Shown here: piece by piece, positions 35,489 to 46,446 of the stretch | How positions within the stretch are numbered: position 1 is the stretch's first letter | How the letters are laid out: the number at the start of each line of letters is the position of its first letter | Assembly (NCBI GenBank): GCA_045541655.1 | Contig: JAZQJN010000012.1 | Location: 1 to 49,418 of the forward strand | From: Acutalibacteraceae bacterium | GTDB lineage: Bacteria > Bacillota > Clostridia > Oscillospirales > Acutalibacteraceae | Direction: 5' to 3' | Length of the DNA: 49,418 nt | The notes under the pieces: model-generated | The model's database searches: none | What the model saw: only the letters and a program-made list of their open reading frames with translations | What the model was told of the DNA's origin: nothing | Translations under genes and position numbers: made by a program

Positions 35489-36221
35489 TTGACAATCTTC
35501 CTTTCAAAATTGCTTCTGCAACGGCGATATCTTCGGGAGTCGTTACCTTAATATTTTCGTAACTGCCCTCCACTATGAATACGGGATATCCCGCATCTTC
35601 AACCAATCCGCAGTCATCGGTAACGGTGAGACCTTTTTCCTTTGCGTTGGTAAGGGCTTTTTTATATATTTCTGCCTCGAATATTTGCGGGGTTTGCACC
35701 GCCATTAAAAATTCTCGGTTTGGAGTTTCTAAAATACGCTTTTCTATGTTTACCCTTTTGATAGTATCCTTAACGAAAACCCCCAAAGCGGCAGAGCCGT
35801 GAATTCTTGCGGCATCAATACATTCGGATATATCGTCGGGGGTAACCAAAGGTCTTGCACCGTCGTGAATGGCGTAATAAGAAATATCTAAAGAGGCGGC
35901 ATCAATACCGTTTTCCACCGACTGTTGACGGGTTTCTCCCCCCTCAACAATGGCGGTGAGTTTTGAGATGTTATACTCATCGCAAATACGTTCTATGTCG
36001 GCAATGCAGTCTTCTTTGGTTACCACGATAATATCCCGCACATTGGCACAGGTTTCAAATGCGAGAAGTGTGCGGGCAACAGTGGGAATTCCGAGCAGAG
36101 GGATAAATTGTTTATTTTGTCCCATTCGGGTGGAATTTCCCGCTGCAACTATAATGGCGGCAACGGGGGAGAAGTCCTCCATTACGGTATATTGCAAAGC
36201 AAAATCATCCAGCAAAGGCAT
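35481..36221 (-). CDS. ispD: 2-C-methyl-D-erythritol 4-phosphate cytidylyltransferase
   Basis: [12 protein letters not shown] motif. 8-nt overlap with ispF. Confidence 0.9.
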   Translation of the reverse strand: MPLLDDFALQYTVMEDFSPVAAIIVAAGNSTRMGQNKQFIPLLGIPTVARTLLAFETCANVRDIIVVTKEDCIADIERICDEYNISKLTAIVEGGETRQQSVENGIDAASLDISYYAIHDGARPLVTPDDISECIDAARIHGSAALGVFVKDTIKRVNIEKRILETPNREFLMAVQTPQIFEAEIYKKALTNAKEKGLTVTDDCGLVEDAGYPVFIVEGSYENIKVTTPEDIAVAEAILKGRLSND

Positions 36222-36247
36222 ATATTTTCAACTCCGTTTTCAAGAAT

Positions 36248-37177
36248 TTATGATGCAGGAATAATAACTCCGTTTTTATCAAAAGAAAATACCACAGTAC
36301 CTAAGGTATCGGTGCGGTATATTTTACTGTTCACCTTTGAAAGGCGGGTCAGCACCTCTTTTGTGGGATGTCCGTATCTGTTATCACTCCCCACCGAGAT
36401 AACAGAATATTCGGGGGTTACGGTCTTTAGAAAATTCAGGTCGGAGGAGTGTTTACTTCCGTGGTGTCCTACCTTTAATATATCGCAGTCAAGGTTTGGA
36501 TATGTATCTGTTAATATCTTCTCGGTTTCCTTGCCGATATCGCCTGTGAATAAAATCTCTCTGCCTGCCACATCTGCCATAACCACAATACCGTTTTCAT
36601 TTTCATCATCTTTATCTTCGGGAGTGGGGATATAAAGGGTAAGCACCATATTGCCAAGGGATATTTCCTGCAAATTCTTGGGTGCAATAATTTCGGTACC
36701 CTTTTTATTTGCCACCGATACCACGTTTTGATAATTTTTGTTATCCTTTACAGAGGGGATTTGGTCGGCGTACACCTTTTCGGTGGGAATGCTTTCTATT
36801 ATTTCGTTTGCACCGCCTATATGGTCGCTGTCGTTGTGGCTGAACAGTATGAAATCAAGGTTTCTAACACCCAATTTCTTAAGATATTTTATAACCATTT
36901 CGCCTTCGCCGTTTTCACCGCAATCAATGAGAGCGGCATTATCCCCCGAAAGGAGCAAGGCACAGTCTCCCTGTCCAACATCGATAAAATGGACACTTTC
37001 GTTGTCGGAAATATTGTATGTGGGTTTATCTTTAAAGGAATTTAAAATAGAATTCCAAGAAACAGGAAAGCCAAAATCATCGGCAACCGAGAGGAATGCC
37101 GATACAGCAATGCAAATGGTGATAATAAGCAGAATTATCTCCCTTTTCGTGAATTTTTTCCTTTTGGTCCTTGCCAT
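36248..37177 (-). CDS. ComEC/Rec2-related MBL-fold hydrolase (membrane anchored)
   Basis: An N-terminal TM helix. The [23 protein letters not shown] and GHHGS motifs are typical of the ComEC beta-lactamase-like domain. Confidence 0.8.
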   Translation of the reverse strand: MARTKRKKFTKREIILLIITICIAVSAFLSVADDFGFPVSWNSILNSFKDKPTYNISDNESVHFIDVGQGDCALLLSGDNAALIDCGENGEGEMVIKYLKKLGVRNLDFILFSHNDSDHIGGANEIIESIPTEKVYADQIPSVKDNKNYQNVVSVANKKGTEIIAPKNLQEISLGNMVLTLYIPTPEDKDDENENGIVVMADVAGREILFTGDIGKETEKILTDTYPNLDCDILKVGHHGSKHSSDLNFLKTVTPEYSVISVGSDNRYGHPTKEVLTRLSKVNSKIYRTDTLGTVVFSFDKNGVIIPAS

Positions 37178-39024
37178 TGATGACTTACCTTTCTCGTTTT
37201 GTTATGGGTTTTGTGTTTTTCGGTGGATGCATCCCTCATATTTTTATCGGGTGGAACAAGACAGTTGTTGCCCGTTCCAATAAGGTCTTTTCGACCCGCC
37301 TTTATGAGTGCTTTTCGTACAATATCGGCATTTTCACTCTTGAAATATTGGAGCAAAGCACGTTGCATTGCCTTATCTTCGGGAGTTTTAGGAACGAAAA
37401 TATCCTCCATAGTGTAGGGGTCAATTCCCGTATAAAACATAGCGGTGGAGATAGTTCCGGGGGTGGGATAAAAATCCTGCACCTGTTGGGGGCGGATATG
37501 CTCCTTTTTAAGAAAAAGAGCAAGTTCTATGGCATCTTTAAGACGTGAACCGGGGTGGGATGACATAAGATAGGGTACAAGATACTGTTCTTTACCCATC
37601 TCTTTATTGAGGGCGTTATATTTTCTTTTGAAACGAAGATAGGATTCAATGTGGGGTTTGCCCATTTTATCCAAAACGGCGGCGGAACAGTGTTCGGGAG
37701 CAACCTTTAACTGTCCGCTGATATGATGCTCCACAAGTTCTCTGAAAAAGGCGTCATCCTTATCTTCGCAAAGGTAATCAAAGCGAATACCCGAACGGAT
37801 AAACACCTTTTTCACCTTGGGAATATCCCTCATAGCACGAAGAATATCGAGGTATTCATTATGTTCAACCTTAAGTGCAGGACATGGGGTGGGGGCAAGG
37901 CATTTTTTGTTCTTGCACAGTCCCGATTTTATTTGTTTATCGCAGGAAGGTCGGCGGAAGTTGGCGGTGGGACCGCCTACGTCGTGGATATATCCCTTGA
38001 AATGGGGATTTTCGGTAAGAAGTTTTGCTTCGTTTATAACCGACTCTTTTGAACGGGAGGTAATATATCTGCCCTGATGAAATGCAAGGGAGCAGAAGTT
38101 ACAAGCCCCGAAGCATCCGCGGTTGTGGGTGATCGAAAACTCCACCTCGGCTATGGCGGGGACACCCCCCATATCTTCATAAATTGGGTGATAATATCGC
38201 TCAAAGGGAAGGGCATAAACCCTATCAAGTTCCTCGGTGGTAAGGGGAGGCATAGGTGGATTTTGCACAAGATATTTTTCTCCGTGTTTTTGAAAAAGTG
38301 CCCTTCCGCGGATGTGATCCTGCTCCTCAAGTTCTATTCGTGCTGCCTCGGCATAGGCACGTTTATCGCTTGACACCTTTTCAAATGATGCAAGAAACAC
38401 ACCCTTTTTATCGGGGATATTTTCGGTAAGATAACAGGTGCCTAAAATATCGGTAAGGGATTTAACGTCCTCTCCCTTTGCAAGGCGGTGGGCAATTTGT
38501 ATGGTCTGATTTTCACCCATTCCAAAGGTTAAAAGGTCGGCTTTGCTATCCACCAAGATAGAGGGAAGTACCGTATCCTTCCAATAATCGTAATGGGCAA
38601 AACGGCGAAGGGATGCCTCAAGCCCTCCGATTACGACGGGCAGGTCGGGATATGCTTCCTTAATTCTTTTTGAATATACCGAACAGGCATAGTCGGGGCG
38701 GTTGCCACCCTTTCCGCCGGCAGAATAGGCATCATCACTGCGTTTTTTCTTGGCGGCGGTGTAGTTAGATACCATTGAATCTATGTTACCTGCCGAAACT
38801 AAAGCACCATATTTCGGTCTGCCGAATTTTTTGAAATCGACGAGATTTTTATAATTCGGAGCGGTTAAAATACCTACCTTAAAGCCCTCGGCTTCAAGCA
38901 CTCGGGAGATAATTGCCGTGCCAAAACTGGGATGATCCACGTAGGCATCCCCCGTTACAACAAGGAAGTCGATACTATTCCAACCCCTTGATAGCATATC
39001 CTGTTTTGAGATAGGTAAAAACAT
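37135..39024 (-). CDS. ygiQ: YgiQ-family (UPF0313) radical SAM protein
   Basis: N-terminal [10 protein letters not shown]...[13 protein letters not shown], a CFGACNFCS cluster and a basic C-terminal tail. Confidence 0.88.
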   Translation of the reverse strand: MFLPISKQDMLSRGWNSIDFLVVTGDAYVDHPSFGTAIISRVLEAEGFKVGILTAPNYKNLVDFKKFGRPKYGALVSAGNIDSMVSNYTAAKKKRSDDAYSAGGKGGNRPDYACSVYSKRIKEAYPDLPVVIGGLEASLRRFAHYDYWKDTVLPSILVDSKADLLTFGMGENQTIQIAHRLAKGEDVKSLTDILGTCYLTENIPDKKGVFLASFEKVSSDKRAYAEAARIELEEQDHIRGRALFQKHGEKYLVQNPPMPPLTTEELDRVYALPFERYYHPIYEDMGGVPAIAEVEFSITHNRGCFGACNFCSLAFHQGRYITSRSKESVINEAKLLTENPHFKGYIHDVGGPTANFRRPSCDKQIKSGLCKNKKCLAPTPCPALKVEHNEYLDILRAMRDIPKVKKVFIRSGIRFDYLCEDKDDAFFRELVEHHISGQLKVAPEHCSAAVLDKMGKPHIESYLRFKRKYNALNKEMGKEQYLVPYLMSSHPGSRLKDAIELALFLKKEHIRPQQVQDFYPTPGTISTAMFYTGIDPYTMEDIFVPKTPEDKAMQRALLQYFKSENADIVRKALIKAGRKDLIGTGNNCLVPPDKNMRDASTEKHKTHNKTRKVSHQWQGPKGKNSRKGR

Positions 39025-39066
39025 AGAAACTCCTGAATTAATGGATAATTATAAATATTCCTAATT

Positions 39067-39137
39067 GTAGGGCAGGGGCTTGCTCCTGCCGTTTGTTTTA
39101 AGGGTGGTTTAGCGGCAGGAGCAAGCCCCTGCCCTAC
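39067..39137. repeat. Perfect 25-bp GC-rich inverted repeat with a 21-nt loop
   Basis: GTAGGGCAGGGGCTTGCTCCTGCCG (39067-39091) is the reverse complement of CGGCAGGAGCAAGCCCCTGCCCTAC (39113-39137). Each arm is internally self-complementary (GGCAGG...CCTGCC). Confidence 0.9.
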
Positions 39138-39166
39138 GATTTATTCCAAATCAAATGTTTTTTGGA

Positions 39167-41605
39167 CTAATCCTCAACGTTCATTTTCATTTCCATCCAC
39201 TGTTGGCGGGTTATCATAATATCTCTGGGTTTAGAGCCCTGGTAGGGGCCAACAATACCCTTGTTTTCAAGGATATCCATAATACGACCTGCTCTGGCGT
39301 GTCCCACACGAAGTCTTCTTTGAAGGTGGGAGGTAGATGCAACCCCTGCATCAAGGATGGCTTCAATTGCATCATCAAGGAGTTCATCGCCGTCAACAAA
39401 TCCGTCCTCATCATCGTTCTTTTTGCTGCCCTTGGTTTCAACGGCGTGTTGTTCAATGGCGGCTTCGATTTCGGTAGAATAGATATTTTTATCTTCGTCT
39501 ATATCCTTGGTGATATAGTTAATTACGCTCTTAATCTCCTCATCACTTACCCAACAACCCTGAACACGAACGGGTTTGGAAAGTCCAACGGGATAGAAGA
39601 GCATATCACCCTTACCAAGAAGTTTTTCGGCACCTTGGGTATCAAGGATGGTGTTACTGTCGAAACGGTTTGCCACCTTAAAGGATATACGGCTGGGGAT
39701 ATTTGCCTTAATAAGACCGGTTAAAACGTCAACCGAAGGTCTTTGGGTTGCCACAACAAGATGCATACCTGCGGCACGTGCCTTTTGAGCCAGGCGACAG
39801 ATAGAATCCTCAACCTCGGAGGGAGCAACCATCATAAGGTCGTTAAGTTCGTCAACAACAATGAGGATTTGGGGCATTTTCTTAAAGGTTTCGTTTGCCC
39901 TCGCAAATTCGTTATATGCCTGTAAATCACGGACTCTGCATTCACCAAAGAGTTTGTATCGGCGTTCCATTTCGGTAACCGCCCAACCTAAAGCACCTGC
40001 GGCTTTGCGGGGTTGGGTAACGACGGGAACAAGAAGGTGGGGGAGTCCGTTATAAACCTCAAGTTCAACAACCTTGGGGTCTATAAGCATCATTTTAACA
40101 TCCTCGGGGGATGCGTTAAAGAGAATACTTGTAAGGAAGGTGTTTATGCAAACCGATTTACCCGAACCGGTGGTACCTGCAATAAGAATATGAGGCATTT
40201 TGGCAAGGTCGGCGGTGATAATGTTACCTGCAATATCCTTACCAACGGCAACGGTGAGTTTACTGTCGCTGTTTGCAAATTTTTCGCTATCCACAACGTC
40301 GCGGAGGAGAACCGATGCAGAGGATTTATTGGGCACCTCAATACCTACCGCCGATTTATTGGGGATAGGTGCTTCGATTCTGACACCTGCAGTGGCAAGG
40401 TTAAGGGCGATATCATCGGTTAAAGCGGTGATTTTATTAATGCGAACACCTGCGGCGGGTTGCAGTTCGTATCTTGTAACGGTGGGACCGCGACTGATGT
40501 TTATAACCCTTGTTTCTACACCGAAACTCTTAAGGGTATCCACAAGATGGGCGGCATTCTGACGGAGTTCTTCGTTAATATCCACGTCGGAACCGCTTTT
40601 GTTTTTGTTAAGAAGGGTAACGGGAGGATAACGGTATTCTTCGGGTTGATCGTTAACCACCTCTACCATATCGGGAGCGGATTTTGTCTTTTCCTTTTTT
40701 GGTTTTTCTTCGGAAAGTTCTTCTCCCTCAACAATATTTTCTTCGGGATTTTCTTCATTATCTCCGTTTATGTTTTTAATAATTTCGTCAATATCTCTGC
40801 TTCTTTGTTCTTCGGGAGATACCTCAATATGCGCATCGGGATTGTTATTCTCATCATCTGGATTTTCACCGTTATATGTATCAATAAGACGTTTGCGTTT
40901 ATCGTCAATAGTTTCTTCGTTATTCTTCTTTTTCTTACGGGGTGTTTCATCACCGTCCAAGGGGATATCCACACTACCCGAACCCTGACGTGCTTCCTCT
41001 ATAAGGCGTTTTTTCTCTTCAATAATCTCCTTGGATTTTTCTGCAACCTTCACTGCTGGTTTTGAGGTGGCTTTGAGGACTTTGTAAAGAGGGATACCTG
41101 TGGAGATTACAATAAGGGCTAAAAGAAGTATAATAAGGGTGATAATCGCACCCATTTTGCCAAGCCAGGAAGCGATAGGATATCCTAAAATCGCACCGAA
41201 AAATCCACCGCCCGAGATACCGTTAGTATAGGCAGTTTTTATGTATTCACCGAAGGTGTAAGTGTCGGTATATTTAATGGTTTCGGTAAGCACCTGAAGG
41301 AAATAGATGGCAACTCCGCCTTCAATAAGACGGGCTGTGTTTTTACCGCCTGCCTTGCCGAAGGACATAAGTCCCCCAACCACGCATCCGAATATTGTCC
41401 AGAGATAGATGGGGTATCCACCAATTCCTAAAAAGAATTTGTGCATACTGTTCCAGAAGTTTCCTCCGGGAATAACCGACACAAGAAAGATAAACAAAGA
41501 TACAAAAAAGAGTATAACGGCATAAACCTCAATGTTTACCTCTCTTTTGTTTTGCTTACTTTTGTTTTGTTTTTGAGACCTTTTGTTTGCTTTTTTCTTT
41601 GCCAT
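39167..41605 (-). CDS. ftsK: DNA translocase FtsK/SpoIIIE
   Basis: N-terminal TM helices, an acidic linker, Walker A GTTGSGKS and a C-terminal gamma wHTH domain. Confidence 0.92.
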   Translation of the reverse strand: MAKKKANKRSQKQNKSKQNKREVNIEVYAVILFFVSLFIFLVSVIPGGNFWNSMHKFFLGIGGYPIYLWTIFGCVVGGLMSFGKAGGKNTARLIEGGVAIYFLQVLTETIKYTDTYTFGEYIKTAYTNGISGGGFFGAILGYPIASWLGKMGAIITLIILLLALIVISTGIPLYKVLKATSKPAVKVAEKSKEIIEEKKRLIEEARQGSGSVDIPLDGDETPRKKKKNNEETIDDKRKRLIDTYNGENPDDENNNPDAHIEVSPEEQRSRDIDEIIKNINGDNEENPEENIVEGEELSEEKPKKEKTKSAPDMVEVVNDQPEEYRYPPVTLLNKNKSGSDVDINEELRQNAAHLVDTLKSFGVETRVINISRGPTVTRYELQPAAGVRINKITALTDDIALNLATAGVRIEAPIPNKSAVGIEVPNKSSASVLLRDVVDSEKFANSDSKLTVAVGKDIAGNIITADLAKMPHILIAGTTGSGKSVCINTFLTSILFNASPEDVKMMLIDPKVVELEVYNGLPHLLVPVVTQPRKAAGALGWAVTEMERRYKLFGECRVRDLQAYNEFARANETFKKMPQILIVVDELNDLMMVAPSEVEDSICRLAQKARAAGMHLVVATQRPSVDVLTGLIKANIPSRISFKVANRFDSNTILDTQGAEKLLGKGDMLFYPVGLSKPVRVQGCWVSDEEIKSVINYITKDIDEDKNIYSTEIEAAIEQHAVETKGSKKNDDEDGFVDGDELLDDAIEAILDAGVASTSHLQRRLRVGHARAGRIMDILENKGIVGPYQGSKPRDIMITRQQWMEMKMNVED

Positions 41606-41711
41606 TTTTAACCTCCGTATGTATGATAATGAATAGTTTATTTTTATTGTTGAATTTTTTATTGTGGTAGTGTATATTATTTATTGTAATTTGTTTTTTG
41701 GAGATGATATT

Positions 41712-42608
41712 GTGATAGAAATATTAAAGTCAATCTTCCTTGGAATAGTCGAAGGTATCACCGAGTGGTTACCTATAAGTAGCACGGGACATATGATTTT
41801 GGTGGATGAATTCCTTAAACTTAACGTATCCGATGCCTTTAAAGAACTGTTTTTTGTGGTAATTCAGTTGGGGGCAATAATTGCTGTAATTATGCTCTTT
41901 TGGAATAAAATCTGGCCTTTTCACTGCAAATCTACCGCCGTTAAACCCTACTTCTTTGAACAAAACGGCAAACCCTTAAACTTCTTGCAAAGGTTTTGCA
42001 ACGATTACGTTGATATGGAAAAAATCTTTCTTTGGATAAAGATTGCTATTGCAAGTATCCCCGGCGGAGTTTTAGGCATTGCCTTTGACGATAAAATCGA
42101 GGAAATGTTGGTAGGGGACAGCCGTGCCTACGTTGTGGCAGGTGCATTGATTGTTTACGGTATTTTCTTCATTATTATTGAAAGTATGAGTTTTAAAGAA
42201 AAGTTTTCTGACGTTACTAAACTTACCTTCCTTACCGCGTTTTTAATCGGTATAGCACAAAGTTTAGCCCTTGTGCCTGGTACGTCCCGAAGCGGTTCAA
42301 CCATTTTGGGTGCAACATTACTCGGACTTTCCCGCACCGCCGCCGCAGAGTTTTCCTTCTTCCTTTCCATTCCCGCTATGGTGGGGGGAAGTGCTTTGAA
42401 GGTGCTTAAATTCGTAATGGGTGGCAGCACTATGACCGGCCTTGAATGGGGAGTTATGATAGTAGGAACTTTAGTTTCTTTCATCGTTTCGGTACTTGCT
42501 ATTAAGTTCCTTATGTCCTACATTAAAAAGCACGATTTCAAGTTGTTTGGTTATTATCGCATAGTTTTGGGTATAGTGGTTATCGCATATTTTTTACTTG
42601 CAAACTAA
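41712..42608 (+). CDS. uppP: Undecaprenyl-diphosphate phosphatase
   Basis: GIVEGITEWLPISSTGH and PGTSRSGST motifs. GTG start at 41712 after a GGAGA RBS. Confidence 0.88.
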   Translation: MIEILKSIFLGIVEGITEWLPISSTGHMILVDEFLKLNVSDAFKELFFVVIQLGAIIAVIMLFWNKIWPFHCKSTAVKPYFFEQNGKPLNFLQRFCNDYVDMEKIFLWIKIAIASIPGGVLGIAFDDKIEEMLVGDSRAYVVAGALIVYGIFFIIIESMSFKEKFSDVTKLTFLTAFLIGIAQSLALVPGTSRSGSTILGATLLGLSRTAAAEFSFFLSIPAMVGGSALKVLKFVMGGSTMTGLEWGVMIVGTLVSFIVSVLAIKFLMSYIKKHDFKLFGYYRIVLGIVVIAYFLLAN

Positions 42609-42816
42609 AGAATAGTTTTTATGTAGAGCGACCTCGATTTTCGGGGTCGTTTTTTTAATTGAAAATGGAAAGTGGAAAATTGAAAATTATTATATCGGCA
42701 AAGCCGATGGATTTGAAAAACGGATGTAAATAATTATATAGTTAATTATTGGTTCATTCATCAGAAAAATGATGGGTTACGAGAATTGTAGTTTCCTTAT
42801 CAAGGGGTGTCAAGGT

Positions 42817-43536
42817 TTATTCTTCAATAAGTTTATACAAATATTCTACGGCGTCTTTAAGTCCGCCAAGTTCATCAATAATGCCTTCCTCAACCGCCTG
42901 TTTTCCGCACAGAATGGTGCCTATATCCGAAACGAGTTGACCCGATGCGGTCATAAGTTCATTAAATCTATCTTTACTGATATTTGAATGTTCCGCCACA
43001 AAATCGGTAACCCTGTCCTGCATACGAAGAAGGGTATCAAGGGTTTGGGATACGCCCAGGACAAGTCCGTTCATTCTTACGGGATGTATGGTCATAGAAG
43101 CCGAGGGCACGATGAACGACCTCTTTGCCGATACTGCCAGCGGTACGCCGATGGAATGTCCGCCCCCAAGCACCAAAGATACGGTGGGCTTTTTCATCCC
43201 TGCAATAAGTTCAGAGATGGCAAGACCCGCCTCCACGTCACCGCCTACGGTATTGAGAATGATTATAAGTCCCTCTACTTCGGGGGATTCCTCCACCGCC
43301 ACAAGTTGGGGTATAAGCATTTCGTATTTTGTGGTCTTGTTTTGGGATGGTAAAACGTAATGCCCCTCAATCTGCCCCACCACCGTCAAACAGTGAATGG
43401 CGTGTTTGCCGAGGGCGGGAGTAACCGCAGGGAAAACAGGGTTTTCGGCAGAATATTGGTCATTGGTATCTTCGGTTGGTGCCTGAATTTCAGGGATGTT
43501 TTTTTGTCTTTTATAAATAGGATAATCGGTATTCAT
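42817..43536 (-). CDS. ClpP-fold protease homolog, TepA-like
   Basis: [18 protein letters not shown] and SMTIHPVR resemble the ClpP/TepA family. Confidence 0.7.
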   Translation of the reverse strand: MNTDYPIYKRQKNIPEIQAPTEDTNDQYSAENPVFPAVTPALGKHAIHCLTVVGQIEGHYVLPSQNKTTKYEMLIPQLVAVEESPEVEGLIIILNTVGGDVEAGLAISELIAGMKKPTVSLVLGGGHSIGVPLAVSAKRSFIVPSASMTIHPVRMNGLVLGVSQTLDTLLRMQDRVTDFVAEHSNISKDRFNELMTASGQLVSDIGTILCGKQAVEEGIIDELGGLKDAVEYLYKLIEE

Positions 43537-43767
43537 TTTTTAACGCCTCGCAAATTTTTAATATTATTTGCAAAAGGGCTCTAAAAATACCGACACTTAT
43601 ACCTATACAAAATATATTATAACACTCACCTTATATTTTTGCAAGGCATATTTAGGATAAAATCCAAACCAAAACACAACATTTTGTGCAAAAAATGTTG
43701 AAAGATATTATCTTGTATGGTATTATACACTTGGTGGAAAATATATTTTGGGAAAAGAGGGAAATGT

Positions 43768-44256
43768 ATGTCGAAAATAACATTTTCAAATGAGCCGTCG
43801 GGTTATTCTGCCCGAGAGGTAGATACATATATCGATATGTTAGAAAAGGAACATATAAAGGCGGTGGATTTGATTTCATCCCAAACCGCAAAAATTTTGG
43901 AACTTGAAAACAAATTAAGCGAAATAACCATTGAAAATTCCCGACTTAAAGAGGATAGTAAAAGATATGATTTAGAAATTTCTAAGGTGTATGAAGAAAG
44001 GGATTCCCTTAAAAAACAATTGGAAGAAACAGCAAATAATAAGTCAATCCAAAGCAATGTTTTTGACGATAAAGAAGCCCTTGTTGAAGCCATTTTATCC
44101 TTAGCCCGAGCCAATGAAAATTTGATTACACAGGGCAGTATAAAGGGCAGACAGGAGGTTTATCACAGCAGGTCTCAGGTGGATGAAATAGTTGATACCG
44201 TTTTAAATGAAAATGAAGGAAACACCGACACAAGCGGTCCAAAATTCAGTTTGTAA
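43768..44256 (+). CDS. DivIVA-domain protein
   Basis: The N-terminal F...GYSAREVDTYIDML motif is followed by a coiled coil. Confidence 0.75.
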   Translation: MSKITFSNEPSGYSAREVDTYIDMLEKEHIKAVDLISSQTAKILELENKLSEITIENSRLKEDSKRYDLEISKVYEERDSLKKQLEETANNKSIQSNVFDDKEALVEAILSLARANENLITQGSIKGRQEVYHSRSQVDEIVDTVLNENEGNTDTSGPKFSL

Positions 44257-44277
44257 AAAACCAAAGGAGAAATTCTT

Positions 44278-45135
44278 ATGGTAAGTGAGATTAAAACCCT
44301 TGAACAGATTCAAGAGGAGTTCAGAAAAAAACTTAATGAAATCAAGAGGGAAGAAACCGTTGTTGAAGAGATAATTGAACCCCCCGTAGAACAACCTGCA
44401 AAAGAATCAAAGGAAAAGGCAGAAGAAACGGAGGAAAATATCCCTTCCGAAGCGAAACCTGAGGATAAGATTGTGGGATTCCTCGATGATGATCAGAACG
44501 TTTTTGAAATGATACTCAAAAATCAAAAACGTCGCAAAAGGGTAAGTATCGTAAGGGGCATAACCGCGGTTGTTATTGTCCTTTGTGTTGTGGGAAGCGT
44601 GTTAAGCACAGTTATGGCCCACATTGGAAGAAATCCCGACAAGGTATTTTTGGGTTACGGATTTTATCCCGAATATAACAATCTGATGTCCCCGAAATAT
44701 ACCAAAGGGGATATGGTACTATATGAAGGAATGGAACTCGAGCAGATTGTGGAGGATATAACTATGGGAAGTTATATCGTTACATATACCAATAACGAAC
44801 GAAAATATCTTTGTGTTGCACGGGTTGAAATGTTTGTCAGAGATAACATAACAGGGGATGTTTATTACAAAATAAAAACAGATAAACCCGCCATTTCCGA
44901 CGAGTTTGTTCACGTTCGGTTGGTTAAGGGTAAAGCAAAGTATTATCCCCTGAAGTGGTTTGCATTCGGCACCTATTACGTGGAGAAATATATTAAATAT
45001 TTTGCAATATCCTTTGCCTCGGCTTTTCTTGTTGCCTTTATTATAAGATCGGTTTTTGGTCGCAAAATTATTGAAGATGAAGAAGAGTTTGACGTAGATG
45101 ATGAGGAAGAACTTGATATAGAAGAGGATATTTAG
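44278..45135 (+). CDS. Hypothetical membrane protein with acidic termini
   Basis: Two TM segments flank a ~130-aa domain. I recognise no motif. RBS AAAGGAGA is present. Confidence 0.55.
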   Translation: MVSEIKTLEQIQEEFRKKLNEIKREETVVEEIIEPPVEQPAKESKEKAEETEENIPSEAKPEDKIVGFLDDDQNVFEMILKNQKRRKRVSIVRGITAVVIVLCVVGSVLSTVMAHIGRNPDKVFLGYGFYPEYNNLMSPKYTKGDMVLYEGMELEQIVEDITMGSYIVTYTNNERKYLCVARVEMFVRDNITGDVYYKIKTDKPAISDEFVHVRLVKGKAKYYPLKWFAFGTYYVEKYIKYFAISFASAFLVAFIIRSVFGRKIIEDEEEFDVDDEEELDIEEDI

Positions 45136-45182
45136 GAACCGGATATCCAAAAGAATTAAGGATAAGTGAGAAGGATTTTTTT

Positions 45183-45623
45183 ATGGATAGTTTGAAGATA
45201 ATGAAGGTAAGGGATAATGCTATTATCCCCAAAAGAGCCACCGAAGGGTCGGCGGGAATAGATCTTTGTGCCTGTATTGATGAGGATATCACCATAAACC
45301 CCGGTGATATTGTAAAGGTGCCTACGGGTATTGCAGTAAGTGTGCCTGAATCTTTTGTGTCTTTACTCTTTGCAAGGAGCGGATTATCGGTTAAACACGG
45401 CATCGGACTTGCCAATTCGGTAGGTGTTATCGACAGCGATTACAGGGGAGAGGTTATAGTAGCCCTCATAAACAACGGCAAAGAACCCTATACAGTAACA
45501 AAGAACGAACGTATTGCCCAGTTGTGTGTTATGCCGGTTGCTGTTCTTCCTATTGAAGTTTGCCATAGTTTAGATGATACCCAAAGAGGCGAGGGCGGAT
45601 TCGGTTCCACAGGAAAGAGGTAA
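45183..45623 (+). CDS. dut: dUTP diphosphatase
   Basis: GSAGIDL, ARSGL, GVIDSDYRGE and RGEGGFGSTG motifs. Confidence 0.93.
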   Translation: MDSLKIMKVRDNAIIPKRATEGSAGIDLCACIDEDITINPGDIVKVPTGIAVSVPESFVSLLFARSGLSVKHGIGLANSVGVIDSDYRGEVIVALINNGKEPYTVTKNERIAQLCVMPVAVLPIEVCHSLDDTQRGEGGFGSTGKR

Positions 45624-45625
45624 AT

Positions 45626-46294
45626 ATGGAAAATAAAAAATATTATGTACTCGATTTAGACGGTACAATTATTGACTCAATGACCGAATGGTTCAAAAAT
45701 ATCGACACCCTTCTTGCAGGTAACGGGGTGGATTATCCCAAAGACACCATAAACGTTATAACCCCAATGGGGGATGAAGAGGTGGCAAAGCATTTTATAT
45801 CTTTAGGACTTAAAATGACTGTGCGAGAGGCCATGGATGAAATGGATCGGCTTTCAAAGGTGTCTTATGGGGAAAAAATCTTACTCAAACCCTACGTTAA
45901 GGAGTTCCTTTTTAAGTGTAAGGAGGAGGGAATATCCATAAACCTTCTCACCGCCAGTCCTCACAGTATGCTTGAGCCCTGCCTTAAACGAAACGGAGTT
46001 ATCCACCTTTTTGACAATCTCTGGAGTTGCAGTGATTTTTCCCTTGCCAAGTCGGATGTGAAGATATATGATGAGGTGGCGAAACTTCTTGGTACATCCC
46101 CTTCGAATATTACCTTTTTTGATGATAATAACGTGGCGATCAAAACCGCCAAAAAGGCAGGATTCAAAACGGTGGGTGTGTATGATACCTTCTCGGAATC
46201 TTTCTGGGATGAAATAAAAGAAACCGCCGATAGTTATATTCATAGTTTTGAGGAAATTTCGGCCTCCCTTGAAAAGGGAGGTGGGTTGACCTAA
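45626..46294 (+). CDS. HAD-family hydrolase
   Basis: LDLDGTIIDS (DxDxT) at the N-terminus and FFDDN near the C-terminus. Confidence 0.8.
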   Translation: MENKKYYVLDLDGTIIDSMTEWFKNIDTLLAGNGVDYPKDTINVITPMGDEEVAKHFISLGLKMTVREAMDEMDRLSKVSYGEKILLKPYVKEFLFKCKEEGISINLLTASPHSMLEPCLKRNGVIHLFDNLWSCSDFSLAKSDVKIYDEVAKLLGTSPSNITFFDDNNVAIKTAKKAGFKTVGVYDTFSESFWDEIKETADSYIHSFEEISASLEKGGGLT

Positions 46295-46416
46295 AGGTCA
46301 ACTCGGGGGGATTTTTCGTCTGTTAAGATGGTCTGAACCCATAAATCCCTCAGCCAGCAAAGCTTACAGCTCCCTTTTCAAGGGAGCACGATATTCATTC
46401 AATAAAATATACAAAA

Positions 46417-46446
46417 CAAAAAGCCGTGATTATTCACGGCTTTTTT
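46417..46446. terminator. Bidirectional terminator
   Basis: AAAAGCCGTGA-TTAT-TCACGGCTTTT. Confidence 0.75.

Noticed and set aside
36108-37548. Plus-strand ORFs of 105-181 aa
   Set aside because: They are antisense shadows of the ispD, ComEC-like and ygiQ genes.
39155-41065. Several plus-strand ORFs of 60-200 aa (39155-39724, 40013-40423, 40200-40562, 40460-41065)
   Set aside because: All are antisense to the well-supported ftsK gene, with repetitive F/L/I-rich or G/R-rich translations typical of shadow ORFs.
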